Shown piece after piece: positions 22,708 to 33,378 of a stretch of DNA of 48,599 bases (the first letter of the stretch is position 1; each line of letters starts with the position of its first letter). The position numbers and the translations under genes were made by a program. Source of the stretch: an uncultured Aquificaceae bacterium (GTDB lineage Bacteria > Aquificota > Aquificia > Aquificales > Aquificaceae); NCBI GenBank assembly GCA_964509905.1, contig CAZDZN010000002.1, forward strand, positions 1 through 48,599, written 5' to 3'. The notes beneath the pieces are model-generated. The model was not told where the DNA came from, searched no databases, and saw only the letters and a program-made list of their open reading frames with translations.

Positions 22708-23617
22708 CGGGAAACCAAAATATACATTGGTGGGTATTTTTATTGTTCTCAGTATAACAGTTGTATCTTTAACACTTTTATTTTTTACAAGCTTTTTTAA
22801 AGAGAGGTCTTTTGAAACTTACTATATTCTCACAAAATATTCAGTGCCCGGATTATCGGTAGGAGCACCTGTTAAATATAAGGGTATCAGTGTAGGCAAA
22901 GTTGATGGCTTGAGCGTATCCAAAGACCAAGAGACTGTAAAAATAAAGATGTCCATAAATAAAAATTTAAACTTAAAAAAAGATGTGGTAGCCAATCTTG
23001 GGTTTACAGGAATTACAGGATTATCTTATGTGGATTTGGAACATAAAAACGGTGTTCAAGCTCATTTTGATAAAAACTTAGATGCTTATGTAATACTCAT
23101 GGAACCCTCAGAATTTCAGCGTATATCAAACTACATACCAAAAATATTGGATTCTTCCAGCGAGCTTATAAAAAACCTGGCAGAGCTTACCTCTTCTCCC
23201 AACATTAAAAAAATTTATAATCTTATAAACAATATAAACATTACACTAAATAATTTAAACTCTTTAATAGCATCTTCTAAAAAATCTTTATCTTATACAA
23301 ATGAGGTTTTGTCGGGTTTTAAAGAAAAAATAGACCAAGTAGATATAAAAAATGTAAACAACACTATAGATGATTATGATAAGTTATCTAAAAAGCTCGA
23401 CGACGAGATAACAGAGCTCCAAAAACTAACTAAGAGCTTGAGCAAAAACTCTGAAGATTTTAATAAGGACATATCCCCTCAAATTGTAGAAACTCTAAAA
23501 AACATAAGAGAAACATCTCAAGAATTAAAATCCCTTACCAAAAGCCTAAAAAACCATCCTACGGAATTTATCATGATAAAAAAAGAAAAACCATTCCCCT
23601 TGGAGGAGATGAAATGA
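22700..23617 (+). CDS. mlaD: MlaD/MCE-domain protein
   Basis: N-terminal TM; GLSVGAPVKYKGISVGKV, GITGLSYV; helical tail. Confidence 0.88.
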   Translation: MIDGKPKYTLVGIFIVLSITVVSLTLLFFTSFFKERSFETYYILTKYSVPGLSVGAPVKYKGISVGKVDGLSVSKDQETVKIKMSINKNLNLKKDVVANLGFTGITGLSYVDLEHKNGVQAHFDKNLDAYVILMEPSEFQRISNYIPKILDSSSELIKNLAELTSSPNIKKIYNLINNINITLNNLNSLIASSKKSLSYTNEVLSGFKEKIDQVDIKNVNNTIDDYDKLSKKLDDEITELQKLTKSLSKNSEDFNKDISPQIVETLKNIRETSQELKSLTKSLKNHPTEFIMIKKEKPFPLEEMK

Positions 23618-24141
23618 GAAAAATATTTGTCTTGATGATGTTTTTATTCTCTTCTTGTGCTTTTATCCAAAAGCAAAAAGCTGTTGAACTTATAACGCCG
23701 GTACACTATTATAAAAATAATGAGTACATATATTTTGGTGATGTAAAATCGCCCTCTTATCTTGATACGGATGATATGCCATATATTTATAAGCACGAAC
23801 TTAGATATTTTGCAAAGCATAGATTTGCCTGTAATTTAAATTGTATTGTAAAAGAGTATCTTTTAAAAGCCATGCCTTATCTTGAGCAAAAAGAATTATC
23901 TCAGTATAAGCTAAGTGTTTATATTTACGATTTTGAGCCTCACTTTGAATCTATTCATAAAGGTTATATGCTTTTAAGGGCGAGATTTTATTTAAAAGCC
24001 AAAAACACCTGCAAGATAAAGGATTTTTATTATAAGAAAGCATTTTATGTGGAAGATTTCAACGCTTTGATGCTACAAGAACAAAAGGCCTTAGACGATA
24101 TGGCTAAAAGTTTAGATGCTTTTCTAAAAAAGAGTATATAA
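23614..24141 (+). CDS. MCE-associated auxiliary lipoprotein (PqiC-like)
   Basis: Lipobox FSSC, PSYLDT motif; position after the MCE gene. Confidence 0.65.
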   Translation: MRKIFVLMMFLFSSCAFIQKQKAVELITPVHYYKNNEYIYFGDVKSPSYLDTDDMPYIYKHELRYFAKHRFACNLNCIVKEYLLKAMPYLEQKELSQYKLSVYIYDFEPHFESIHKGYMLLRARFYLKAKNTCKIKDFYYKKAFYVEDFNALMLQEQKALDDMAKSLDAFLKKSI

Positions 24142-24163
24142 TATTTGTAAGGAGGCGCTAACT

Positions 24164-25057
24164 ATGTATAGTATACCTATAAACGCAAGTAGTGAGGTGG
24201 AGTTTTTGGAAAATTACACAAAGGCTACAAAAGGCACAGGTAGCCTCATGCTTTTTGCTGGAGATCAAAAAATAGAGCACCTTAACAAAGATTTTTATGG
24301 AGAAGGTATAGCCAAAGACGATGCCAATCCGAGACATCTTTTTGAAATAGCTTCCAAAGGAGAGATAGGGGTTTTTGCCTCGCAACTTGGGCTTATCACA
24401 AGATATGCAAGGGAGTATAAAAATATAAACTATCTTGTAAAATTAAACTCCAAGACAAATTTGGTGCCTTTTGACCAAAAAGACCCTATAAGCCTTGCTT
24501 TGAATACTTTTGAGCAGATACTCCACGCAAAAGAATCTGGCATAAACATAGTAGGTATTGGTTATACAGTGTATCTCGGAAGCGAATATGAAGCTAAGAT
24601 GCTAAAAGAAGTTTCAACGCTCGTATATGAAACACACAGAGCCAATATGATAGCGGTGATATGGATGTACCCAAAAGGGAAAGCCATAAAAAATGAACAC
24701 GACCCGGATTTGATAGCTGGAGCTGCTGGAATAGCAGCGTGTCTTGGAGCTGATTTTACCAAGATAAAAGTACCAAAAAGAGAAGGAATCTCTGCAAAGG
24801 AACTTTTAAAAATAGCGGTAGAGGCTGCAGGCAACACGGGGCTTATATGTGAAGGTGGAGCGAAAGAAGATGTCTTGGCGTTTTTAAAAGAGCTATATGA
24901 ATTTAAACAAGCTGGAGTAAGGGGAAATGGCACGGGAAGAAATATCCACCAAAGACCCTTAAAAGAAGCGATAGCAATGACAAGAGCAATATCGGCCATA
25001 ACTTTTTACGACAAAACTCCAGAGGAAGCTTATGAGATATTTCAGGGGAATTTATGA
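24164..25057 (+). CDS. Class I (DhnA-type) fructose-bisphosphate aldolase
   Basis: AGDQKIEH, YLVKLN, TVYLGSEYE, WMYPKG, LGADFTK, GRNIHQ. Confidence 0.85.
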   Translation: MYSIPINASSEVEFLENYTKATKGTGSLMLFAGDQKIEHLNKDFYGEGIAKDDANPRHLFEIASKGEIGVFASQLGLITRYAREYKNINYLVKLNSKTNLVPFDQKDPISLALNTFEQILHAKESGINIVGIGYTVYLGSEYEAKMLKEVSTLVYETHRANMIAVIWMYPKGKAIKNEHDPDLIAGAAGIAACLGADFTKIKVPKREGISAKELLKIAVEAAGNTGLICEGGAKEDVLAFLKELYEFKQAGVRGNGTGRNIHQRPLKEAIAMTRAISAITFYDKTPEEAYEIFQGNL

Positions 25058-25983
25058 TATATACGATTACACTAAACCCAGCTCTTGATAGAACTATATG
25101 GCTTGAGGATTTGAAGATAGATGATACAAATAGGATATTAAAAGAGGAAAAGTATGCTGGTGGTAAAGGTATAGATGTGTCGAGGGTGTTGGCAAATTTT
25201 GGCGTAGCAAATGTGGCTCTTGGATTTGTAGGTGGATTTGCGGGGCTTGAAATAGAGGGACTTCTTATAAACGAAGGTGTAAATTATGATTTTGTAAAAA
25301 TATCTGAGGAAACCAGAACAAATATAGTGATAAATACAAACACTTACGGCAAACAAATTATCATAAGCGCTAAAGGCCCCACTATTCCAGCTTTTGAGCT
25401 TACAAAACTCATAGAAAAGATAAATCATCTTGATAATCCATCTTATGTTGTAATATCAGGATCGCTTCCTGATGGTTTAAAACCGGCTGTTTATGCTAAG
25501 ATAATAGATACAGCCAAAAGTGTCTCGGCTACAGCAGTGCTTGATACTGATGGAGATGCCTTAAAATTCAATATATCTCATAAGCCAGATATCATAAAGC
25601 CAAATCGTCATGAGCTTTCAAGGGTTGTGGGAAGAGAGCTGAAAACTTTAGATGATACCATAATAGCAGCCAAAGAGATAAATCAAAAGGGCGTTAAGAT
25701 AGTATTGGTATCTATGGGAAAAAATGGTATTTTGTATGTAAGCCAAAGTGCTATAATGCATGCAGTCCCGCCGGAGGTAAAAGTTATAAATACTATAGGA
25801 GCTGGAGATTCATCTGTTGCAGGTTTTATATATGCTAAGTTTATGGGCTTTTCAGAAGAAGAGACTCTTAAATACGCAGTAGCAGCAGGTACAGCCACTA
25901 CATTAAAACCTGGTACGGCTTTAGCTACTTTAGAAGATACTTTGGCTATAAAAGAAAATGTGAGGTTAAGGCATATATCTTAA
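25054..25983 (+). CDS. 1-phosphofructokinase-family (PfkB) kinase
   Basis: TLNPALD, GGKGIDV, SGSLP, KPNRHE, GAGDS. Confidence 0.9.
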   Translation: MIYTITLNPALDRTIWLEDLKIDDTNRILKEEKYAGGKGIDVSRVLANFGVANVALGFVGGFAGLEIEGLLINEGVNYDFVKISEETRTNIVINTNTYGKQIIISAKGPTIPAFELTKLIEKINHLDNPSYVVISGSLPDGLKPAVYAKIIDTAKSVSATAVLDTDGDALKFNISHKPDIIKPNRHELSRVVGRELKTLDDTIIAAKEINQKGVKIVLVSMGKNGILYVSQSAIMHAVPPEVKVINTIGAGDSSVAGFIYAKFMGFSEEETLKYAVAAGTATTLKPGTALATLEDTLAIKENVRLRHIS

Positions 25984-26426
25984 GGGGTGGCTAAAGTTTT
26001 CACACGCTCTTCTTTTTCTATTATCTCGGCTATTCTTATGCCAAAGTTTTCTCCTACCACTACAAGCTCTGCCTTTGCGATGAGTTTCCCATTGGCATAA
26101 ACTGATACAAAGCTGTTTATAGATTCATCCAAAGCTACTACAGAGCCTGGCCTCAAATTCAAAAGCTCTTTTATGGTGATGGTGGTAGTGCCTATTATTA
26201 CTGTTATAGAGAGTGGTATATCTAAAATGCGTTCTAAATCCCTGGGAACTTCTATCTCCGATTCTTTTGTTTTTTCGGCTTGTTCCTCGGCTTTCGGCTC
26301 TTCCGCTTGGGTTTGAGCTTGCATAGCCTCTTCCCAAAGTTTCATCAAATCTTCGTCGTTTTGGGGATTTTGTTCTTGTTTTTCTTCTTCAGCCTGTTCA
26401 TTTTCTTGTTTTTCTTCTTCAGCCAT
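25980..26426 (-). CDS. fliN: Flagellar motor switch protein FliN
   Basis: ILDIPL, GSVVALD, ANGKLIAKAELVVVGENFGIRI; acidic N-terminal extension. Confidence 0.93.
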   Translation of the reverse strand: MAEEEKQENEQAEEEKQEQNPQNDEDLMKLWEEAMQAQTQAEEPKAEEQAEKTKESEIEVPRDLERILDIPLSITVIIGTTTITIKELLNLRPGSVVALDESINSFVSVYANGKLIAKAELVVVGENFGIRIAEIIEKEERVKTLATP

Positions 26427-26427
26427 A

Positions 26428-27393
26428 TTATTCTCCTTTTCCATTTATTAATTTTAATATTTTAACTGCTTTTTTAGATCCAGAGCGACCCAATATCCCG
26501 TACATCTTAAGTACGCCTTCTGAATAAATCAAAACTGGCTTCTTTGTTAACGCTTTTAAACTTATCTCATCTCCTGCTTCCCAATTCAGTATATCCCTTA
26601 CTAAAAATTCCCCACCCTCTATGGCTACAGCAATATGTACATTTATGCTTTTTGATATTTGTTTTAATAAAGTATCATAATCTACCAATTCTGTCATCTC
26701 AGATACATTTCTTAATCTATCTTTCACGGGCTCCAAAGAAGAGTTTTGTATGGCTAAAATTACAGGATATTCTATACCATCTATCTCAATGTTTATGTGA
26801 GCTTCAACAAATGTTTCTTTTTTTGAATTCATAGGAGCTATTAATGCCGGGTTTACCTCCGTTTCTAAATATATAACCTCTCCGCTTAATATACTATTCC
26901 AACTTTCTTGAAATGCACTTAAAAGCATGTCTACAGCTTTTCTTATTATTTTTAGCTCTAACTTCGTAAATTCTTTTCCCTCTATTCTGTAAGGTTTTGC
27001 AGAGCCACCGAATATAACACTTACTATACTATAAACCATTCTTGGGTCTAATATGAGTAAATTAGTACCTTTTAATCCTGTTATGGTAAATAAATTTATG
27101 CAAGAAGGAACTGGTAGTTTTGCTATAAGATCTTCAAACTTTATTAAGGTAGTTTCTGTTTTATACACATTGTTTATAGATACTATAAGACTGGATAGTT
27201 TTGCCCTGGCGATTCTACTCCATTTTTCCAATATTATTTCAAGTCCTGCTATAGTCCCAAGAGAAATATGTTCTAAGTCATCTATATCAAATTTTTTATA
27301 ACCGATAGCCTGTTCTTCTTTTGATTCTTCTTCTTTTCCTAAAGATTTTAGGAGTAGGTTTACTTCTTCTTGACCGAGTATTTGTTCTGCCAT
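26428..27393 (-). CDS. fliM: Flagellar motor switch protein FliM
   Basis: ILGQEEVNLLL CheY-binding-like N-terminus, FGG, EFTKLE, C-terminal SpoA domain. Confidence 0.9.
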   Translation of the reverse strand: MAEQILGQEEVNLLLKSLGKEEESKEEQAIGYKKFDIDDLEHISLGTIAGLEIILEKWSRIARAKLSSLIVSINNVYKTETTLIKFEDLIAKLPVPSCINLFTITGLKGTNLLILDPRMVYSIVSVIFGGSAKPYRIEGKEFTKLELKIIRKAVDMLLSAFQESWNSILSGEVIYLETEVNPALIAPMNSKKETFVEAHINIEIDGIEYPVILAIQNSSLEPVKDRLRNVSEMTELVDYDTLLKQISKSINVHIAVAIEGGEFLVRDILNWEAGDEISLKALTKKPVLIYSEGVLKMYGILGRSGSKKAVKILKLINGKGE

Positions 27394-27403
27394 TTTCTAA
27401 CTC

Positions 27404-28903
27404 CTATGATTTTTTGGCACCCAACCAATGTTTTATTATCTTTGCCACTTTATCTGGATTGTCTTTGGTTACTTTAATCATCTTATCAACTGTAACAAGC
27501 TCTTTGGCTTTTTCTCTTAGTTCTTCTGTTTCAAGAGATTCCAACGCTTCCATAGCAGCACTCACAGAAGGAAGCTCTTGAACTTCCGGCTTTTTTCTGC
27601 TTTTTAGGAATATAAAAGCTAATACAGCTAATAATATTAGAGCCAAAACCCCAGCTATGCCATATCTTACATATATTAGATAAACTGGTGGTTTAGGCAC
27701 CACAGGTTTATAAAATGGTATAGATATTACAGATACAGTGTCTCCCCTTTTTAAATCTATTCCAGATGCTGCTATTACCAGCTGTCTTATACTGTTTAGA
27801 TTAATATTTTTTAGATCCGCATTTACGATAACTCCAACACTCATTCTTTTTATGCGGATAGTCTTGTCTACCACATGAGTTTTTTCTACGCTAACATCGT
27901 AATTTTTTGTTACCTCTTTTTTGGAACTTTGAAAATTTGCATTTGGCCTAAGTCCAGACATTGGAGGTATGTTTGAGGCAGTGCCCGGGACTCCTGATAC
28001 GCTTGTGCCTGTAGTGGTTTCTTGCTTTTGTTGTTCACTTACTATTGCTGTGGTATTGGGATTGTAATTTTTTGTTTGAGATTCCATCTGGGCAAAATCC
28101 GGTGTTACCTCCACGGCTATTTTAACATTGCTATACCCTAAAGCTTCTCCCAATACTTGTTGAAGATGTCTTGATATTGATTGTTCAAGCTCTGTCTTTA
28201 CTTTTAACTGTTCATTTGTAAGATGGGCTTCTGGATTGTTTAGTTCCTCTGTTAAATCTACACCGTTGCTATCCACCACCGTGACTTTGTTTGGTGTGAG
28301 ATCTGGGACACTGGCAGCCACTAAATTTCTTATAGCTATTACTTGCCTTCTCGAGATAGATGCCCCAGGTTTTAATTCTATAAATACTGATGCAGAGGGT
28401 TTTTGACTTTCGGTGATAAATATACTTGGTTTTGGAATAGCCAAATTTACCCTGGCTTTTTCTATGTTTTTAAATCCAAGAATGGTGTTGGATAATTCTT
28501 CTTCAAGAGCCCTTTGATATTCCACATGTTGCATGAAGTCCGTTATCCCAAGCGGCATTTTATCTAAAAGCTTAAAACCAGGATAGCCTTTTGTGGGAAG
28601 TCCTATGGCTGCCAGTTTTAGTCTAAGTTGTTTTGCCTGGTTGTCTGGTACTAAAATAGTCCTTCCATATTGGGTGATTTTGTATCTTACATTATTTTTT
28701 TCTAACTGTTCTACGATAGCTGCCATATCTTGGTTATTCAAATCTCCGTAAAGTACAGTATAATGAACCCTCGAGCTTAAAAATATAATAAAAGTTATTA
28801 GCATTGCTAACGCTATTGGCACAGACACAACAGCTATTTTCTGAGTTTTATTTAGCGCCTGGAACCGCTCTTTTAAGTTATTTAAAATCTCTTTAAAATC
28901 CAT
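27404..28903 (-). CDS. fliF: Flagellar M-ring protein FliF
   Basis: LRLKLA..GLP, EYQRALEEEL, ARVNLAIP, PSASV, VPGTASN, two TM segments. Confidence 0.95.
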   Translation of the reverse strand: MDFKEILNNLKERFQALNKTQKIAVVSVPIALAMLITFIIFLSSRVHYTVLYGDLNNQDMAAIVEQLEKNNVRYKITQYGRTILVPDNQAKQLRLKLAAIGLPTKGYPGFKLLDKMPLGITDFMQHVEYQRALEEELSNTILGFKNIEKARVNLAIPKPSIFITESQKPSASVFIELKPGASISRRQVIAIRNLVAASVPDLTPNKVTVVDSNGVDLTEELNNPEAHLTNEQLKVKTELEQSISRHLQQVLGEALGYSNVKIAVEVTPDFAQMESQTKNYNPNTTAIVSEQQKQETTTGTSVSGVPGTASNIPPMSGLRPNANFQSSKKEVTKNYDVSVEKTHVVDKTIRIKRMSVGVIVNADLKNINLNSIRQLVIAASGIDLKRGDTVSVISIPFYKPVVPKPPVYLIYVRYGIAGVLALILLAVLAFIFLKSRKKPEVQELPSVSAAMEALESLETEELREKAKELVTVDKMIKVTKDNPDKVAKIIKHWLGAKKS

Positions 28904-28904
28904 A

Positions 28905-29213
28905 TCATACTTGGGTGTTTATAAGTGTTTGATAAGCATCTAAAAGCTTATTTCTCACTTGTACGAGTAAGTTTAGCACAACACCTGCTTTATCAAATTG
29001 CACCACAGCATCGTGAAGTGGTATATTTGCTCCTTCTAATATCGCTTTTTTTGTAGCTTCGGCATTTTGTTGAACCTCATTTGTATAGTTTAAAAAGTTT
29101 GAAAGCACATCAAAGAAGGACTCTTGGTTGTTTGGTCTTTGGGTTTGCGGCTTTTGAGATGAAGTATTTACAGATAAATCTGGTATGCTCTTTATAATCT
29201 TATTCATATCCAT
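28905..29213 (-). CDS. fliE: Flagellar hook-basal body protein FliE
   Basis: LHDAVV, QVRNKLLDAYQ. Confidence 0.92.
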   Translation of the reverse strand: MDMNKIIKSIPDLSVNTSSQKPQTQRPNNQESFFDVLSNFLNYTNEVQQNAEATKKAILEGANIPLHDAVVQFDKAGVVLNLLVQVRNKLLDAYQTLINTQV

Positions 29214-29215
29214 AT

Positions 29216-29626
29216 TTAAGTCCAGCTGTTTATGGTAAACTGAGCTATATCTTTTGTCATATTAAAAGCACTCAAGTTCGCTTGATAAGTTTGTGTTGCG
29301 GTTATCATATCCACCATCTCTGTGGTGACATTGATATTGGGCTCTTCCACATAGCCTTGAGCATTAGCGTGAGGGTTTGAAGGGTCGTATATCATCTTAA
29401 AGCCGTTGGATTGTTTTATCTTATTCACTTTAACAGGTACAAGTCCATCTCCCAACATGCTTTGATTGTAAACTGCTTGAAACACAGGTTCTAACTTTTG
29501 ATAAGGTGTACCATCTTGTTTGTAAGATTCGTAGTTTGCTAAATTGGAGGCGATGGTATCCATTCTTATTCTCTCAGCATACAGACCAGAAGCCGATACG
29601 TCAAAAGCATTAAAAATATCAAGCAT
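29216..29626 (-). CDS. flgC: Flagellar basal-body rod protein FlgC
   Basis: SASGLYAERIRMDTIASNLAN, YDPSNPHANAQGYV, EMVDMI. Confidence 0.95.
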   Translation of the reverse strand: MLDIFNAFDVSASGLYAERIRMDTIASNLANYESYKQDGTPYQKLEPVFQAVYNQSMLGDGLVPVKVNKIKQSNGFKMIYDPSNPHANAQGYVEEPNINVTTEMVDMITATQTYQANLSAFNMTKDIAQFTINSWT

Positions 29627-29638
29627 ACTTTATTCCTC

Positions 29639-30019
29639 CTATTGTCCTTTTATGGCGGTGTTTAGTTCTGTAATGTTGTCTGATATCATTTTCGTATACA
29701 CTTCGTAAGCCACTTTGTTAGCGTTCGCTTTTGCCATTTGCTCTTCTATGCTTACATTGTTTCTATCGTTTCCTATGAGACCGCCCTCTTTTTGGACTAT
29801 ATCAAATCTTGGCGCTGGTAATACCGGTTGGATTTGCTTTTCTGGGTCTGTTATTTTTAGCGCAAGCTCATTCTCAAAAGGTACATACCTTACATCCATC
29901 TCTTGATAATGAGGAGTATCCGCATTGGCTAAATTGCTAAGTATTACCTTTTGTCTCAACCAAGTATAATCTAAATGAGGTAAAACCTCATCTACACCAC
30001 TAAAAAGTCCCATAATCAT
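29639..30019 (-). CDS. flgB: Flagellar basal-body rod protein FlgB
   Basis: RQKVILSNLANADTPHY, DRNNVSIE. Confidence 0.93.
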   Translation of the reverse strand: MIMGLFSGVDEVLPHLDYTWLRQKVILSNLANADTPHYQEMDVRYVPFENELALKITDPEKQIQPVLPAPRFDIVQKEGGLIGNDRNNVSIEEQMAKANANKVAYEVYTKMISDNITELNTAIKGQ

Positions 30020-31851
30020 TCACCCCACAATATAATCGCCGCTTTAGCCCACATGTTTTGGCTACCTTTAGCCAACTCTAACATATATTTTAACTCATTT
30101 TTATCTTTTAGCAAGTGGCTAATGTAAGCTCCATTGTAAACTGCCCACCAATATTTGTTATCCCTTGTTTTTGAGATTTTCGTATAATCTTCAAAATATA
30201 TAATTGCATCCTTATAATCTTTTTTGTTTAACTTTATGTATCCATCTTGTAAAAGAGCAAGCTTAGCGTAGTTTCTAAGCCTTTGGGAATTATAAACATC
30301 TTTATGAGATAAAAACCTATCAAGCATATTATCGTCCATCCCATAATATCCTAGTATAAACTCAGCCTCTTCTTTATCATCTTTTTTAAGATTATTTAGC
30401 ACAGATGATATGTCTTTTAACCCACCGGCAATATTTCCTTGCTCTATCTCAAACTCCCCTTGTAAAAATGTTCTTGTGTTTTGGTCTTCTACACCGCTTG
30501 CAAATCCTAACCCTCTTGTATCTCCTACATAAGCAAACACTCTTGCTATATTCTCATAGGTGCTTTGGTCTAAAAAGTTTGCAAAAAACTTTGGATTTTC
30601 TTGGTATATACTATACAATCTATAAGCAAAACTTGCATTGTATGGATCTTCTCTTGCTATTAAATCCTTAAGATAATTTATGGGCTTTTCGAAAGATATC
30701 TCTATATCGTCAAAGTTTAGTAGCTTTTGAGGTAAATCTATAGTTGTGATACCTACGAACATGTCTTGGATTTGAGATGCCCCTAACTTATCTACGAGAT
30801 AGTATTTTAAAAGCCCAAAACTTGGATATAAAGACAAAACACTTGGATAGTGAAGCCATAAGAGCTTATCAAGTTCTTCTTTGTAAAATGGTAATTTGTA
30901 TGTTTTTAGATATCCATCGTGCATCCACATGGAAGTGTAAGAGATATAAGCTATGGGATTGTAAAAAAGCCCATTCTTTGCAAGAAACTCCTTTAGTATT
31001 TTATGAGCATCCATATAGTCCCTTGTGGTAAGATAGATATCCATAAGCACAAAATTTGCTTTGTTTATATATTTTTCGTATATATCTCTTCTTTTGGCGA
31101 GCTCGAGATGAAACATTGCATCCTGCCAATCCTTCAGCTTATAAAAAGTGTATCCATATAAAAACTCGTAATACGGACGATAAGACAAAAAACTATCATA
31201 GTTGGACGCCTCATGGAGCATAAAAGATGCTTGTTTGTAATCCCCTGTTAAAAAATAATATATGCCGTAGTCAAAGTAATAAAATGCGGTATCTTCAGAG
31301 GTTTTTATATCCTTGTTTTGTATGTTTTTAATATAATCAATACCAGAAAGATTGTGCGTTCTTAAGATGACGTAGGCAAGTTTTATTTTGTATTTTGATT
31401 CATTTGGGTATTCAGCAGAAAGTGCCATAAAAACACCACCGGCTTTGCTAAAGTCCCCTATGAGCAGATAAATATCTCCTATGATTTCACGCTGAATGGT
31501 TATGTAAGAGGGGACTTTGTAGTAAAAAGGATACATATTCAAAATTCCTATAGCATTTTCTACACCTTTTATATTTCCACTATTGTAGTCTTCATAAGAG
31601 TAAGCTTTTGCTATGTATAGATAAGCAAGTTCTCCGTATTTACTCTTTGGAGCCATGGAATAAACATCCATAAGCTGAGATATGGCATCTTGATAGTCTC
31701 TAAGATGAATTAGCTCTATTGCATGGTTTAGTTTTCTTTTTAAAAAACTATTTAAGTTTGAACCCACACCAAAGGATTTTATACCGGAGGCGGCTAAAAG
31801 CACAAACACAAAAGCAAGCGCTATAAGAATTTTTTTTATGAATGACTTCAT
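30016..31851 (-). CDS. Exported TPR-repeat protein
   Basis: N-terminal signal/anchor; repeated Y/A/G TPR-like helices; overlaps the flgB start. Confidence 0.75.
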   Translation of the reverse strand: MKSFIKKILIALAFVFVLLAASGIKSFGVGSNLNSFLKRKLNHAIELIHLRDYQDAISQLMDVYSMAPKSKYGELAYLYIAKAYSYEDYNSGNIKGVENAIGILNMYPFYYKVPSYITIQREIIGDIYLLIGDFSKAGGVFMALSAEYPNESKYKIKLAYVILRTHNLSGIDYIKNIQNKDIKTSEDTAFYYFDYGIYYFLTGDYKQASFMLHEASNYDSFLSYRPYYEFLYGYTFYKLKDWQDAMFHLELAKRRDIYEKYINKANFVLMDIYLTTRDYMDAHKILKEFLAKNGLFYNPIAYISYTSMWMHDGYLKTYKLPFYKEELDKLLWLHYPSVLSLYPSFGLLKYYLVDKLGASQIQDMFVGITTIDLPQKLLNFDDIEISFEKPINYLKDLIAREDPYNASFAYRLYSIYQENPKFFANFLDQSTYENIARVFAYVGDTRGLGFASGVEDQNTRTFLQGEFEIEQGNIAGGLKDISSVLNNLKKDDKEEAEFILGYYGMDDNMLDRFLSHKDVYNSQRLRNYAKLALLQDGYIKLNKKDYKDAIIYFEDYTKISKTRDNKYWWAVYNGAYISHLLKDKNELKYMLELAKGSQNMWAKAAIILWGE

Positions 31852-31855
31852 GTAA

Positions 31856-32416
31856 TTATTTTAAAACTTTATTAGTTTTTCTGCTTATGATATTTTTAAA
31901 ACCCATACTTAGATAATCTAAGAAACTGAGCAAGAGGAGTATTATTGCTATATCAAAAATCGTTTCCATAATATGAAAATGTTTGTCTATTATATTTTCA
32001 ATGAAAAGTCCATAGAATACTATCATCATAAAAAATGTAGTAATTTTACCAATTATTGAGGGTCTCGGTATGATACCAAGATACATTAAAACTATACTTC
32101 CAATTATTATAAATATCTCTCTTGCTATGATTAGTTTGAAGAGAATCAACGATACTTTGTATTTTGTCTTCATAAAAGCCAAAGATGAGAATATGATAAG
32201 CGATTTATCCGCCAGAGGGTCTATAATCTTGCCTATTAAGCTTATACTGTTTGTAAACCTTGCGATAATTCCATCTATGGCATCAGTTATACTAAGGATT
32301 ACAAAAACTAAAAAGCAAAGACTTAGATCTATTTTTATTAAAATCAGCATGAAAGGAGATAACACGAGTCTTGAAAAAGAAAGTAGATTTGGTATATTGA
32401 AAACCTGGGAATTCAA
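31856..32416 (-). CDS. pgsA: CDP-alcohol phosphatidyltransferase
   Basis: NIPNLLSFSR, TDAIDGIIAR..GKIIDPLADK. Confidence 0.85.
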   Translation of the reverse strand: MNSQVFNIPNLLSFSRLVLSPFMLILIKIDLSLCFLVFVILSITDAIDGIIARFTNSISLIGKIIDPLADKSLIIFSSLAFMKTKYKVSLILFKLIIAREIFIIIGSIVLMYLGIIPRPSIIGKITTFFMMIVFYGLFIENIIDKHFHIMETIFDIAIILLLLSFLDYLSMGFKNIISRKTNKVLK

Positions 32417-33378
32417 TTTATACCTGACCTCAGGATGTCATGGAGGTGTATGATGCCTATAGGTTTGTTTTGCTCTGTCTCCGTTATTATGAGCACTGTT
32501 ATCTTGTGGTTTTCCATTATTGATAAAGCTTTCGCTACGATATCTGTTTTTGATACAGTTTTTGGGCTTTTAGTACAGACTTCGTAAACGCTTGTGGTAT
32601 TTATATCTATTTTTGATTCTAATATTCTTCTTATGTCCCCATCGGTTAAAACCCCTATCAAATATCCTTTTTCATCCACCACGGCGGTAGCACCAAATCC
32701 TTTCTGAGTTATTTCGATGATGGCTTCGTATATTTTGGCATCTTTTTTTACGATGGGGGTTTTCTCTCCAAAGTGAGCTATATCTTGAACTTGTTTTAGC
32801 TTTTTACCTAAAAATCCTGCTGGATGAAGCATAGCAAAGTCTTCTTCTTTGAAACCGGAAAGCTTCAAAAGACTCATAGCCATGGCATCTCCAAGCACAA
32901 GCATTGCGCTAGTGGAAGAAGTAGGGGCAAGATTAAGTGGGCATGCTTCTTTTTCAATATTAAGAGATATATTTATATCGCTTTGTCTGGCTAATGTAGA
33001 ATCTTTTTTATTTGTAATAGAGATTAAAAAGCAGTTTATGGTTTTTATATAGGGGATCATGTAAAGGATCTCCGCAGACTCACCGCTGTTTGATAGAGCT
33101 ATAACGATATCTTCTTTGGTGACAATCCCAAGATCCCCATGCAAGGCCTCATTTGGATGCAAGAATACTGCTGGAGTCCCCACGCTTGCCATGGTAGAAG
33201 CTATTTTTTTAGCGATATGTCCAGATTTTCCCACTCCTGTTAGTATCACCTTCCCTTTTGAGCCGTATATCCTTTCTATCGCTTTTTCAAAGTTTTCATC
33301 TATTAAAAGCTCGAGACGCTTTATCGCCTCTATCTCAGATCTTATGGTGTCTATAGCGATATTTTTTACAAAACTCAT
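32413..33378 (-). CDS. kdsD: Arabinose-5-phosphate isomerase (KpsF/GutQ)
   Basis: [29 protein letters not shown] pair. Confidence 0.93.
   Translation of the reverse strand: MSFVKNIAIDTIRSEIEAIKRLELLIDENFEKAIERIYGSKGKVILTGVGKSGHIAKKIASTMASVGTPAVFLHPNEALHGDLGIVTKEDIVIALSNSGESAEILYMIPYIKTINCFLISITNKKDSTLARQSDINISLNIEKEACPLNLAPTSSTSAMLVLGDAMAMSLLKLSGFKEEDFAMLHPAGFLGKKLKQVQDIAHFGEKTPIVKKDAKIYEAIIEITQKGFGATAVVDEKGYLIGVLTDGDIRRILESKIDINTTSVYEVCTKSPKTVSKTDIVAKALSIMENHKITVLIITETEQNKPIGIIHLHDILRSGIN

Noticed and set aside
24164-25983. Archaeal-type class I aldolase next to a PfkB kinase (and PGI/PMI at 35398) as recent horizontal transfer
   Set aside because: Composition matches the host and such enzymes are known in Aquificae
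26270-26426. Low-complexity GAAGAA/CAAGAA repeats
   Set aside because: They encode the acidic FliN linker (AEEEKQE twice); not a CRISPR or independent DNA repeat
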